Below are positions 24,251 to 38,216 of a stretch of 64,000 bases of DNA, piece by piece. The notes under the pieces were generated by a model. The model made no database searches and was not told the DNA's origin. It was given only the letters and a program-made list of their open reading frames with translations. Source of the DNA: Podarcis gaigeae. Lineage: Eukaryota. Made by a program: the position numbers and the translations under genes. The first letter of the stretch is position 1; every line of letters begins with the position of its first letter. The stretch lies in the NCBI GenBank assembly GCA_964106915.2, contig OZ066916.1. One strand, written 5' to 3'.

Positions 24251-24667
24251 AAATTTAAAAAGTCACTCCACTTAGATAAACGTTGATTTTAAAAGCCAGT
24301 ATTTTCTAGGGTTATTTTGTCTACCATCTATCTTCCTTACAGCAAATAATTGCAACTCCTTAAAGTCACTACTGTTAAATTTGCTTTGCAAACCTGCTGT
24401 GGCTGTAAATTTTCCTTCAGCATTGTCCATGCAAACTTCCCAAATGGAAGCTGAAAGCCCCTGGTATACTGGAGTGGGAGATTACATACCGGGAGGTGAA
24501 TGAAACCTAAGGATTTAGTTATACTAGACAGCTTGCTGTAAGAAAGGCCAGCCATCAGTTCTACTGTTTGTGAAATGTTCTCCCCAGGGAGGCTTACCTT
24601 CATTATATACCTTTAGGCACCGGGCGAAAACATTCCTCTTCAACCAGGCCTTTGACTGAATAACATG

Positions 24668-24981
24668 CTGTCTCCACCCCCATCGTTCAGCCCGGACACT
24701 GAGATCCAGTGCTGAGGACCTTCTGGCGGTTCCCTCATTGCAAGAAGTGAGGTTACAGGGAACCAGGCAGAGGGCCTTCTCGGTAGTGGCGCCCGCCCTG
24801 TGGAACGCCCTCCCTTCAGATGTGAAGGAAATAAGCAACTACCTTACTTTTAAAAGACAACTGGAGGCAGCCCTGTTTAGGGACGTTTTTAATATTTAAT
24901 GCTGTATGGTTTTTAACACTCGATTGGGAGCTGCCCAGAGTGGCTGGAGAAACTCAGCCAGATGGGCGGGGTATAAATATA

Positions 24982-25032
<51 letters not shown>
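24668..25032 (+). mobile_element. L2-clade LINE 3' end with (AAT)n tail, nested in an older L2 tail (about 24583-25150)
   Basis: agggccttctcggtagtggcgcccgccctgtggaacgccctccc...gccgcccagagtggctgg-like end; (AAT)n at about 24982-25032. Confidence 0.75.
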
Positions 25033-25034
<2 letters not shown>

Positions 25035-25158
25035 TGTGTTTGTGGGAGTGGGTGAGGGGGTTATTGTTTTGTTTTTATTATGTATTTATTGTTTTATGTT
25101 TCATTTATATGCTGTGAACCTCCCTAAGATCAACGTATGAAGAGCATTATACTACGAC

Positions 25159-25270
25159 TGTTGTTGTTTAGTCGTTTAGTCGTGTCCGACTCTTCGTGAC
25201 CCCATGGACCAGAGCACACCAGGCACTCCTGTCTCCACTGCCTCCCAGAGTTTGGTCAAACTCATGTTAG
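25159..25270 (-). mobile_element. BovB (RTE) LINE 3' terminal fragment
   Basis: ttgttgtttagtcgtttagtcgtgtccgactcttcgtgaccccatggacc is the BovB 3' end; flanked by a tatactac duplication. Confidence 0.8.
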
Positions 25271-25272
25271 TA

Positions 25273-25317
25273 TACTACTACTACTACTACTATTACTATT
25301 ACTACTACTACTACTAC
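25273..25317. repeat. (TAC)n microsatellite
   Basis: Direct reading. Confidence 0.9.
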
Positions 25318-25506
25318 AATGAGTCTCACAGCAGCCAATCCAATGGGCAAAGTGATTCAATGACACAAACCCAACAGTGCTCTACTGGCAGAAATCCAGC
25401 AGACATATATAATATCCTATGGAATGGTAGATGGCAGAACAAGGCACAGGGAAGAGGAATAAATATCTACAAGCGTGCACATGATATTGGTGTGCCCTCA
25501 GCCCTA

Positions 25507-25683
<177 letters not shown>

Positions 25684-25939
25684 TTATATTCATGCAAAAT
25701 GTTTGCAAAACATTTCATGTACCTGATTGTTACAAAATTCTTCTAATATGAGAAAAGGCTCTTACAAAGACAGAAGTGTCTGTTATGAAATGCAAATTGC
25801 TGATATTCCTCTCTCTCTCTCTACCTAGGAGAAACATTTGAGAACTCTGCCCCAATGATTTTAGATGGTGCTTTGGAATCCAATATTAATCCTGGAATTG
25901 TGAATCTGGAAGTGCCGTACTGGAGAGAGTTGTCCTATA

Positions 25940-25956
25940 CTGCCCTCTGCTGGCGG
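25940..25956 (-). promoter_or_regulatory. CTCF motif (strong match)
   Basis: Reverse complement ccgCCAGCAGAGGGCAG fits CCASYAGRKGGCRS at every position. Confidence 0.5.
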
Positions 25957-26139
25957 TACAGCACATCATACAGCTGGATCCTACCTTCTGGGAATACCTA
26001 AATGAATGAATTGAATGAATTTTAAGGTTTTGCTTCACCCCTATAAGAAAGTAAGAAACAGGAAAGACTCACAGACAACGTTTGAACTGCCAGTGACATT
26101 TTATACCCATCTCTCTTATAAAACCTGTATTTTAGCATA

Positions 26140-26485
26140 CCAGTCAAAGGCAACTATGGGGTTGCGGCGCTCATCTTGCTTTTCAGGCTGAGAGCGCCGG
26201 TGTTTGTCCACAGTTTTCCAGGTCATGTGTCCAGAATGACTAAATCGCTTCTGGTGCCACGGAACACCGTGATGGAAACCAGAGCACACTGAAACACCGT
26301 TTACTTTCCCGCCGCAGCAATACCTATTTATTTACGTGCACTGGTGTGCTTTCAAAGTGCTAGGTTGGCAGAAATTGGGACAGAGCAATGGGAGCTCACT
26401 CCATCGCAGGGATTTGAACGGCCAACCTTCCAACTGGCAAGCCCAAGAGGCTCAGTGGTTTAAACCACAGCGCCACCCGCGTCCC
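26140..26485 (-). mobile_element. Sauria SINE
   Basis: Ends in cacagcgccacccgcgtccc, the reverse complement of the head. Confidence 0.85.
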
Positions 26486-28237
26486 TTTCAGCACATACAC
26501 CAGGCCATTTCTGATGACTATCGCCCACATAGGCAATGCATATTGAGGGTCTCGTTACATCTCCAACTTGCTTTGAAGTGCAATTTCCCATTATTGGGAT
26601 CAAGATCGACCTCTCCGCTAACTACACTGTAAGAACCCAGCTCTTCCATAGGAATATTTCAAATCCAGAACTGCAGCAGCGCCACTTCATTTTCAGTAAA
26701 GAAACATGCAGCCTACTTCTGGGAAGTGGCAGCAAATGAAATCTGATTGTACTAGGAGTCAGATTAGGACGAAGGCACTACTGAGCAATTGACTTAACTA
26801 ATGGGGTTTGGCAAAGAAGCCATTTTGTAACAGTGTTTTAAAATGATTAATGTGCAAGTCAGCCCCTGAATGAAAATACTGAAAAACTATGTGAAGCATG
26901 AGATGTTAAAGGGTATTACAAGCATATCTTTCCCAAGTAGAAGGTTGTACGTTTAACGAACAATTATTCTTGGTTTTCATTCCATCAGCTTAATTTTATT
27001 TCCCACATGATCTGACACGCCTAAGTGGAGACTCGCTCCTCAACTATTGGGGCAGCTTAAAGTATTTCCATAATGGAGCAACACTCATAGTGAATGGGGG
27101 GGGGGGGAGGGAGGGAGACAGTGTGGAAAAGGATTGAGGCAAAACAAATGTAGAAAAAAGGCTGTGGAAGAAATTAGCAGGCTAGGCTGGAGGGAAAGGA
27201 GGGCTGCAGAGAATGAGGGCTTCCGAGTTGCAGACAGCATGGGTAGCCAAGAGGAGAATGGAACAAGGAGGAGGCATTTAATGAATGGCTGCAGTTAGAA
27301 AAAGATAAAATTATCATGCTTAAGGAGAAGGGCCAGGAGCTAAAGGAAAGCGTTCTGCTTTGACAAAAAGGCAGGAGTGATCTGAATTGTGGGAACTGTC
27401 TACTTTCCTTAAGTTCCACTCCTGCCTTTGACCACAAGATGGTGCCATTCCCAAACAATGACCTTCACAAGCCAACGGAGAAAAAGCAACTGAAGTTGCA
27501 GTGCTAAGTTGCAAGATGAGAACAATTTGACTGCAACTCTGCTGCAGGAAAAGATGACCACAGGTACTTAATGCATCCATTGCTTGAGGTCTGTTGTGTA
27601 TGCATGCTCCACTTCCCCTTCAGCCTATGGAATTTGTGCTCCTGTAGCCATGCCAGATATTTTATTTCTTTTCACTCAGCCAAACTATCCCCTATGCACT
27701 GCGTGGGATATGGAAATAAATACGTAAGTTTATTGACATCACCTCTGCACATCATCTCAACGTGAAGCAAAAAGGCATGAATTTTGAAAATGTCAGCTTT
27801 GTGTTCTCTTGTTTAAGGCACCATTTCATTGGTAGCTGTTTAATTATGTTTAACCCTGAGGTTCAAGAGCTGTTAATGGAAATCAGTGTTCTAAAAGTAA
27901 GAATGTCTCTCTCACACGCATATACACTCAACCCATTCATTCACCCACCTTATCCTCAACATGAAAAAAAAAAAATGCTTGCAGGCCAAGTCTCAGAAGG
28001 ATGAAGTAATACTTCAAATGTCTATATGTTAAGTTTCTGTATCTGCACAAACAATGAGAAGTTAAGCCTATTTACAGCCCACAAAAGTTAAATTATCCAG
28101 TATCCTTTCGTTTGTCGTGTCATATCTCCTTAACACAAACGGAAATCCACAAAGCCATATTTGGCAAACGTCAGAAGGAAAGGTGAGAAAACACAATTTA
28201 ACAATGAATTTCCAAATAGGCAGGTCTAAAAGACTTA

Positions 28238-28555
<318 letters not shown>

Positions 28556-29451
28556 CTACTCTATGTTTGAGTAAAATTCAGAGGTAACACAATGCAATTC
28601 TTTTCTAGAGCTTTCCTGTTGGTAGCTCTCTCAGCCTCCACCAAAACGGCATTTTAAATTCCCCTGGATTTGAAGATAAATGACGCAACAGCAGCCAACT
28701 GCACCACATGACGTTTTCCAATAAGCAGGTCTTCAAACACAGTTATGGAGGTACAGCAGAGAGCAGAAAAATACTCAATGTGCTGTGCATCTCTCTGCCT
28801 TGTATGCTTTAATATAGGCATTCAAAATATTCTTTCAAATCCCTTTCTCCCCATAACACACCTGATGAAGCAGCTAAAATAAACTGAACTGCATCCAGAA
28901 TGACAGTTGACAAGAGATGAGAAATTACTTCACACTGATCTGGTTTAAAGTAGTGTCAGGGCAGAAACTCCCTTAACTAAGCATGAATTAGTTATTCCTC
29001 AATGTCTTTTCACCCCACCCTGTTAAATTCACATTTATATGCACAATAGGAAAAACAGGGATTCTATCTACTTTAGTAATTATGAGTATGAAATAAGGAG
29101 TTGATAAGAAATAAGGAGTTCCAGATTATTTCCCTAGAAGTGACCACACACAGAAGAAGAAAAAAATTATCCATGTGACTTTTATATAGTATGGGAAATA
29201 CATGGCTTGAACCAGAAACGTTGTGGTTGGGGCCCAGTCTAGTAAGCCACCTGGGTTTGTATATTCCAATCTTCAGCTGCTTTTTAGGTGCAGATGGGAA
29301 TAGGGACATGAAATTGTTAGCTTTTGTGATTGGCAAGCAGCGGCTGGCTTCTGAAGCAGCCTCCTATTCCAGCCTAGGCCAAATGGCAGAAAGGCAACTT
29401 TGCTTCCCGTCCCGGCCAACAGTACAGGACACCACTTTGAACTCCTTAGAT

Positions 29452-29587
29452 CAGGCATAGGCAAACTTGGCCCTCCAGGTGTTTTGAGTCTACAATTCCC
29501 ATCATCACTGACCACTGGTCCTGCTAGCTAGGGATCATGGGAGTTGTAGGCCAAAAACATCTGGAGGGCCAAGTTTGAGGAAGCCTG
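29452..29587. mobile_element. Short hAT MITE, young
   Basis: TIRs caggc...aaacttggccctccag / ctggagggccaagttt...gcctg; perfect 8-bp TSD ccttagat. Confidence 0.85.
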
Positions 29588-29865
29588 CCTTAGATGAAAG
29601 GTAGGATAGAAATGAAATAAACAAACAAACAAACATGTATATGCTATGTGTTGTGTTTTTAGTTGATGTGGATTTACAAAAGCAGCAAACCTATTCCTAG
29701 CAACACTGTCACACTTGATGTACAAGCCGCATTTTGAAGGTATTAAAACAGATGGACCAAAGTCACAAAATAAAAGTTAAATGAGGAAAGGATAGTCGTC
29801 GTCCCCACTCCCCAATTTGCTGAAAAGCAACAGCAAACATCATTTGTATAAAATAGATGACTCAC

Positions 29866-29949
29866 CTTAGCTCAGGGTACACATTTTCAAGATACCATTT
29901 GAATGGTTTGCAGTTAAGTCTCCTTCTCAACTCCATTCGGCTTTGAATA
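29866..29949 (-). CDS. GALNT2: GALNT2 exon 13 ([28 protein letters not shown])
   Basis: atag / gtgagt boundaries; 84 nt. Confidence 0.97.
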
Positions 29950-30009
29950 CTATTGAGAGAAACAGTGTTTATCAGCTATATTTAAATTGGCACAATCTAA
30001 AAAGAACCA

Positions 30010-31375
30010 TTGGTTCCTATCTCAAGGGTAGTTCTGTGTTGCTGGACGAAGAGCATCACTCAGGGTGCCACCTTGTGGTCAAAGGCAGAAAAGAGAACTT
30101 GAGGGAAAGCTCCCAGAGTTCTAGCCAAGCTCCAACAGGTTGCTCAGACAAGACACAGAAACATACAGCGAGAGAACAAATGCCCACTTTCCTAACAATA
30201 ACAAAATGGGAAAAGCATGTTAAGCTGGATAAACTATGGTGATTAATTGGAGCAGCCAAAAACAGGGCGAGACCTGATGCCCCTCACCCAGCAACACAGA
30301 ACTACCTTTCAGGTGTGAACCAACGCTTCTTTCTCTTGTTGCTGGAGAAGAGCTTCAATGAGGAACATGTTAAATAGAAAGTACGAGGTTTGTTCTTCCA
30401 CCCGAGATCCCTCACTCCACTCCCCTGGATCATATTCGGGGTTAACGAAGGGATCCAGTGAGCCCAACGCTGGTGCTAGAGGAGGGCGTCGCAATAATGG
30501 ATAAATATTAGCTGTCCCTTGGGGAATGTCAAAAGGGTTAAGGGAGTCTGGAGCAAGTTCAGCCCAACGTGGGGGTTGAATGTGGATGGGAGACCCTTTT
30601 GTGGTGGAGCTGCGACTGATCACACTGTCCGTTCTGTGAAGGCAAGACAGAAGTAGGTTTTGCCACAGGCAAGTCAGAAAGGATAGCAGTAATGTAACCC
30701 CTTAGCTCCACATACGTATCTGGCAACAAAGCTTCCTTTATTTGTTGCGAGAATGTCAGTAGTAAGCTGAAAGATAGGGAGCCTGAGAAGCAGTTTGTAG
30801 AGCGCTTCAAACAGGGATTTTATTGGGCACAGAAGGCTGAACGGACTGAATAGAGGGATGCAGGGGAGGGGGAAGGAGTTAAAAACAACAACACAAAACC
30901 ATAAACTGCCCATCCTCAGAGGGCCGGGGAGAATGCAAAACCTCTAAAAGGGAACGCTGCGAGTTGTCACACAGTATCCTCAAGCCCTCACTCTTTATAA
31001 GGAAAGGGGCAGTCACTAGCCTCAGTCAGGAGGTCTGAGTGCTGCTAGGAGGCATTCCTAGATAATAAGAGCAATTGGCTTCACATCCATTTGCTGCTTC
31101 CCCTACAGAAGCCTCAGTGGCTTTCAGGTTTTGTGTTGCTCTGCAGATTGCCGGTTGGTTAGTGCCAGCTGAGGCCACATTCTCTGGCAAGCCGACTACC
31201 ACTAGAGCAGCAAGGAGGAGCCTGAGAGGCCAGGAAGCAAAGTTCCCTTCAGGGAGAGAGCTAAGTGCAGAAAATTCTGGATTCTGGGAGCTTCCCTCAC
31301 ATCTTTCTTATCTTTGACCATAAGGTGGGACTGAAACCTTCACTGATGCCCTTCTCTGGAGACATGTGAAACTGT
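30010..31375 (-). mobile_element. Internally deleted DIRS-like (tyrosine-recombinase retrotransposon) element
   Basis: Outer inverted repeats 30010-30124 versus about 31277-31375, plus an internal complementary region 30276-30323 pairing with 30010-30057 (39/48 identical). Confidence 0.5.
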
Positions 31376-31489
31376 ATTTCTATAGTCAACGATACTTTTA
31401 GCATTAACTTTATAATATTTCAAATCCAGGCCACCTCCGAAATGCAATCTCAAAACGCACTAACAATAGGAAAGGAGTAATTACACTTA

Positions 31490-31621
<132 letters not shown>

Positions 31622-32773
31622 TTATTAATGTGGCAGGGTCCTTATTCCCTTCTTATCTGAGTACTGCAGATCCTTGAACATTAAAGATGCTGCAGGAACC
31701 AAAATAATAGACAAGTTTCATTCTTTCCCTCCTTTAGGTCATGATCTTACTCAAGAAAACGAGGATCTTCCTTCTCCATTGACCAAGCGTTTGTAGAAAA
31801 ACCGATTTCCGTGCCATTGTCAGTAAGATACATTTTGAGGTTAACATGTTCACAACTAGCATGGCATGTTCCTTTCCGATTTGTATTTTTATTGCTCCCA
31901 GTTATATTGTTTGAGGATTCATTTTGATCTCATGTCCTACTATACTTCTGATACACTTAGCATCTAATCAGTGTTGGCTAACCCAAGGACCTTGATACCA
32001 AATATGGGCATATGTGCACTCTTCCTCTTTTATACTAACAACTCTGACATACTCGGCTACATTTTGACTCCCAATTTTTTCTTGTTGCCTTAGAAACATG
32101 CTGAAATCCAAAGACCTTTATTAATTCAATATGTATTGATTCATGCTCACCGGAATTTATTCAAAACCTTCTGTTTTATCTTAACAGGCAATAAAATAAT
32201 TATTGGTGGAAGTACTTACACAAATATTTGGCAATATACTTTCATTTTTCTGACTGCTGCCCTTCCTAACCATGAACATGGTAGCTAGGTCTTACTAGTC
32301 ATGTTCAGCTTTGCTTTTTCTACACTGCCCTGAAATTAACTTCTAAAAGATTTGCTATATCAGTGACATCAACCCCATAACCTTCTAACTACAATTAGAA
32401 CTTGTCACACTTTCAATGGTTGGTTGGTTGGTTTGATCATCGATAGTGGCAATATCGTAATTCCCTAAATTGATTTTGTATCCCAGCACTTTTCTATAAT
32501 ATGGTTACTTTCTTTAACAACCTTTTCGACTGATGTCATTGGTCTTTGAAGGAGAAAAACTATACCACCAGTGTAGCACAGAATTTTTGCCCCACACCAG
32601 GCAATGTTTGCTAAAGGTTAGCACATTTAGTTATTCTGACAGTAGTTTAAGCTGCAAAGACTTTTTAAAAGCCTCAATAGCATTTTACTCTTTGATAAAG
32701 AGCTCTGCCAGCTAATTATAAGCTAATCATCTTAGGTTCCATTGGTTTACTTAAAGCAATCTCTTGACCGTTA

Positions 32774-33022
<249 letters not shown>

Positions 33023-34353
33023 TTAAATCCCTGAAAATTTCTCGGGATTTTCTTTTATCCTGAAAAAAGGGAGTTGAGAGAGCTTTTATTACTTGATTGA
33101 AAAAAGGAAATACTGTGATGGGAGAGGGGCTGTGCATGCACAAATGTGCAGGAATATCTGAATCAACATTTCCCATTTATTTTCTTCCCTTTTTTGTTCT
33201 TTAATATGGATTTGTAGGCTATGGAAACTGTGCGGTTGCCTAGTCTTCTGAGGTTATTATCCCATTTTGCTTCAGCAATTTGTGCAAACTGAAGCAACAT
33301 CACACTAGAAGAGCAAGAATGAATGATAAGAAACGCATCAATGTCAGGGGTGGTGGGACCCATTTGTGCAAGAATCAAGCTCGTCTCTCCCACGTGGTTT
33401 CTATATTCTTATAGACGGCAGCAATGTAGATGGCAACCACTTCCCTCAGAATCAATAAGAACAACATTGCTACTTCTGTTCCAGTTCTTTCTACCCTGCG
33501 CTATTTTTATGTGCCCCTCGTGTCAACACTTATGGCAAACCTGTTACTTCACCTCTCAAATTCCCATTTTGGATCAGGTTAATTTACTCCCTTTCTTTCC
33601 TAATACAGTAAAAAGGACAAGCTTATGTCATCAGTACAAATTATTTAAAATGCCCACCCACTTACAATTAGGTAATTAAAAATGCTTAAATTCCAACATT
33701 CAATAGGCTACCATAACTATGTGAGCATTCGTATTTCTTGGCTCTTACATTAACACCTTGAAATAAGGACCAATAACTAAAGTGCTAGCATGGGGGGGGG
33801 GGGGAATCAATATTTGACGGTGTAATAGAACTATAAAATCACAATCCATCTTCGGCTAAGGTGCCAAGTGTCTACTAGGAATGATAATCAAAATTAATTA
33901 GCTCATCCCTCAAGTAATGACTTTACAATAGATTCCTTAAAGTATTCACAAGAAAATTAAACCCATGAACTGTGTGTGCCCAACTTTAAGTTTTAAAAAG
34001 TGTGGAATGTTTTTTAAACCCTGCTAAATGACACACTTTTGCAACATTTTAATTAGCACAGAATGGTGTTTCCAAATTATGCATGACTTGTTTAAAGGCT
34101 AAAATCCCTTTAGTTTTTGTCTGCTTCTCCCTTGTAAAAAGAAGTCCTCTCAGCTTTTATTTTTCAACATAAAGCTCTAATTTTAGAATGCAGCCCTGTT
34201 GTGGCTGAATTTTTGCCAATAATCCACTTAAAGTATTAGCTGTCATTTTAACCCACTCCAGACAGTGAACTAAAGGCCATGAACTCACAAAAATTAGGTT
34301 ACAGTATAATTTGCTTTTCTTCAAGAGAGAATTCTATGCAGAAAGATTCTTAC

Positions 34354-34457
34354 CTAGATTTTCTCCACCCCATACATCCATCATCATATCATATTTTCCC
34401 AGCTCTTCAAAATAAAATTTGTCCATCACAAAGAGTCCACCAGCTATCATTGGTGTT
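34354..34457 (-). CDS. GALNT2: GALNT2 exon 10 ([34 protein letters not shown]), WGGEN motif
   Basis: ttag / gtaaga boundaries; 104 nt. Confidence 0.97.
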
Positions 34458-35343
34458 CTAAAGAGACAGGAGGGATAAAAGAGGGAAACTGAACATTACA
34501 TACTGGCACAGGTTAATCGGATACGAAGACTCTTCAACAAAGCATTTTCTGTTCATACCTTAAACAGGCCATTTTGCTTAGTTCTAGCTATCTGCATATG
34601 CTACCGCTCTGAAACACGTTATCACGTAACTAATGCAATTAAGACTGATTCCTGGTTAACCATTTCTCAGATTTCTTGGAAGCAGATGTGGCTATTCCTA
34701 GAAACTGAAAAATGTTATCTACTTGCAGCTTGTTCTGAAACAGACCATAGGTAGCCAGAAACTAGGATCCCTAGTTCAGATTATACAAGAAGCTGAAATT
34801 CAAACTTAAAGTGAATTCTGCTACAGTCTTCCTTTGGACTGTGCAGAGAGAAGTGGGGGAGAAGCTTGAGAGTCCAAGGATTGTTAAGGCTCCTTCCTGC
34901 TCCTGCATATTATCATAAATTAGTATGATGTGCCCTAGAGCAAGTTATAGCTTAAGATATGTGAAAATATAACTCTTTGCCCTCTGAAGTTCTTTAAGTA
35001 TTTTACAAACCAACATACAAATCTATCCCATTTATCGATTTAAATTCAGGATAACGTGTATTCTGCTCAAAACGTTCTTCACCTTAGATATGAGTTATGT
35101 ACATTTGGTTATTCTGCTTCTTGTGTTCATGGAGAGGGATAACAACTTATGTGGCACACAAATCCCACACCTCTGACCACTGGAATTCTAAGAGATCCCC
35201 TGCCAACCTTTAAGCGTATCATTCTGAAGGAAAGGAAATTTACATTAATTTAAAGTGACAGCAGATATCCCGTGAAAGAGAGTTCTATGCAGAGAACTAA
35301 ATTTAGGATCTGCATGGAACACACACAGTGCAACAGTTTAAAA

Positions 35344-36342
35344 CGGGGTGGCTAACCGTTTCTTGGCCCAAGGACTATCTATTCACCCTTGGCCAGCCCT
35401 CTGAAGGGTACATACCATGGTGTGGCCAAAGTGGGTGTGGACAGCCCTCTCTTGCTCTCTCACACATGCCACACACCACCTCATGCAAACCACACACCCC
35501 AGAGGCTGCTCTCATTTCCCACGTAAAGTTCAGACTGCTGCCATTTTATTTCTGGCGTGGGTGGGTGGGTGGGTGTGGGGCACTCAACCACACCAAGCTA
35601 AAAATGAATCCTGTTTTTGAAAACATGTTAAACTGAAAACCAAAACCAAACTTGCCAGTATCAAGCACAAATTGAGATGGGAGGGGAGTCAAGCTGGGAA
35701 AACACCTTGCCGGGAGGGGGGGGGAATCAAAGCAGCAACCACATAGACTGCACTTTGCACATTCAACCTTTCCTTTTTTGGATTTCTTTTCCTTGATCCC
35801 AAGGAGATGCAAAGTGCAGCTGGGACCAGTCTCAGCAGCCTGGCTCCACCCTCATTCCAAACTTGCATCTTCTCTTCCTCCCCGCAGGCAGTGGGTGCGG
35901 AATGCAAGGGAAAGGGGAAGCTCATCCTTAGAAGGCTAAGGGATGATATGTTGACTGTGTTACATTTTGTTTGCTTCAGAGTGCTGTTCCCTTCTGGGAA
36001 GGGGCTGACAAGGGAAAAGGAAAGGAAGGATGCGCCACCAGCAATCCATTGCAAGATCATAGCAAATCTCTGTTTTTGAGCTAGATAACCATATCTGCTC
36101 ATCCTGCCCAGCAAGAGCCAGTGACTTCAGCTACTCTAGGGAACATATATATGTCTTCATTCATTAGGCATTGGCACAAAGGATGCTAAGCATTGCAGAA
36201 GCTCCCTTAAAGAGGAAGGAGCTCTTAATAAAGGAAGTGGCAGCTGCCTCTTGCAGTGACTGCACAAAGGAAATTCAGCCCTGCCAAACAATAAAACACA
36301 AACAGCCAAACACCCATGAAACACAGTCTCAGTGCCATTATT

Positions 36343-36381
<39 letters not shown>

Positions 36382-36473
36382 ATAAAAAAGCTGCAAAAAT
36401 TGAGGGGGTCCCCAAAAACCCACCAGAAACCCTTCTGGGAGGCCAGAGATTGCTCACAGGTTAGCCATCCTTG
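35344..36473. mobile_element. Non-autonomous hAT-like element, about 1.1 kb
   Basis: TIRs cggggtggctaacc / ggttagccatccttg; perfect 8-bp TSD gtttaaaa (35336, 36474). Confidence 0.65.
36344..36382. repeat. (TTG)n microsatellite
   Basis: Direct reading. Confidence 0.95.
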
Positions 36474-37013
36474 GTTTAAAAGTTAATAGTTTAAAAGTTC
36501 AATAGTAATAAGAATCAAACTGTGTACACAAGAATAATTTGTATGCTCACTTTATGCTATTTGGGTAAAGCAGCAACTAAAGAATGAATTAAATTAGTAC
36601 GCTATCCGTTTTGTGAGACCCCTACTGTTTAAGGAGTCTTGTATTAACTAATTTTCTATATTACTTTATTGGTATGTTGTGCACAACAGAAAATCACTAA
36701 GCTTCATAAAACAGTTTTCAATTTCTCCTTCCTTGAGGGCAGTTCAACCTCACCTTAAACGTAAGGTTATACCTTTTTATGTTTTGCAATGGTAAGTCTC
36801 AGATAACTCAATATCACTACCACAGCAAAGCTCTGGTATTTAATACACAGTGAGCAATATTTGACTTCAAGTACCAGCCTGCCATATTTCAAGTTGAGAC
36901 TTTAATTTGCAAGACTTTCCTCCTGCATTTAGAGTTTGTGATGTGCAAAGTAATTCAAGAGCAGTCTGCCAAGCATAACCTGGGGAGATGGTAACTCAAA
37001 GTTGCACTTACTA

Positions 37014-37181
<168 letters not shown>

Positions 37182-37894
37182 TTACAAAAGTGCAGATCGG
37201 ATATTGCAACATTTTGTTTCTTTTAGTTTTTGGACCCGTGGTTTAGAACAGACAAAAGTTTGCTTTAATCTATGGTTTCTCGTTTGCATGTAATGACAAG
37301 CAAGGGTTCTAAAGTTAAATTAAACAGTGTGGAAGTCCTGTTGTGCAGGAGAATGCAAGAACAGGAAGAATGCATGAGATTTCCAGCTCATTCACGTAAC
37401 ATGGAACCATGCACAGTTTGTAAACAACAGCTAAGGGTTTAACAACAAATGCATCTTTTGAGGTTGTTTGTTTCCTCTCTGCTGATGAAGAGAGGAAACA
37501 GTGTTATGAATGAATTGGGGACCGTGTTGTTTTGCTGCAACAAAGCACAATGAGCGAGCCAAGAACAAATATTGGCTACAGACCGAGGTAACAATTCCAG
37601 GTTAAGATGTAATATTATACAGAGGTCCTGGCTTGTCTGTTCCTCCCTGTGTGCACTTAGAGGGTCAAAGTGACCAAGATGAGAGCCCATTACTGGGATG
37701 CGCAAGAGAGACCGCTGCCTCCGCTCTGGCTGGGCTAGGGGAAATCAGAATGAAATTAAGGCTGCTTTTCCCTGTGCATTTGTTCAATTACTAATGCTAA
37801 ATTAGGAAAATAGTTGTGAGACATAAATTATTCCCACTGCTCTGCAAAAACAGTCAGAAATAGCTTGCAACCATAACTACTGGCGTTATGGTTA

Positions 37895-38216
37895 AAGGTA
37901 AAGGTAAATGACCCCTGACAGTTAAGTCCAGTTGCGGCGCTCATCTCATTCTCATTCTATAGGCCGAGGGAGATGGTGTTTGTCTGCAGACAGCTTCATG
38001 TGGCCAGCATGACTAAGCTGCTTCTGGCAAACCATTTACCTTCCCGCCAGAGCAGTACCTATTTATCTACTTGCACCACGTGCATTCGAACTGCTAGGTT
38101 GGCAAGAGCTGAGACCGAGCAACGGGAGCTCACCCCGTCGCAGGGATTCAAACTGCTGACCTTCCGATCGGCAAGCCCTAGGCTCTGTGGTTTAGACCAC
38201 AGAATCACCTGCATCC
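37895..38216 (-). mobile_element. Sauria SINE
   Basis: (aaaggt)n tail; TSD tggcgttatggtta / tggagttatggtta. Confidence 0.85.

Noticed and set aside
31745-31860. Minus-strand peptide YLTDNGTEI resembling an integrase DNG motif
   Set aside because: The frame closes soon afterwards and no other DDE motifs are visible; likely coincidence, which a TBLASTN or HMM search would settle
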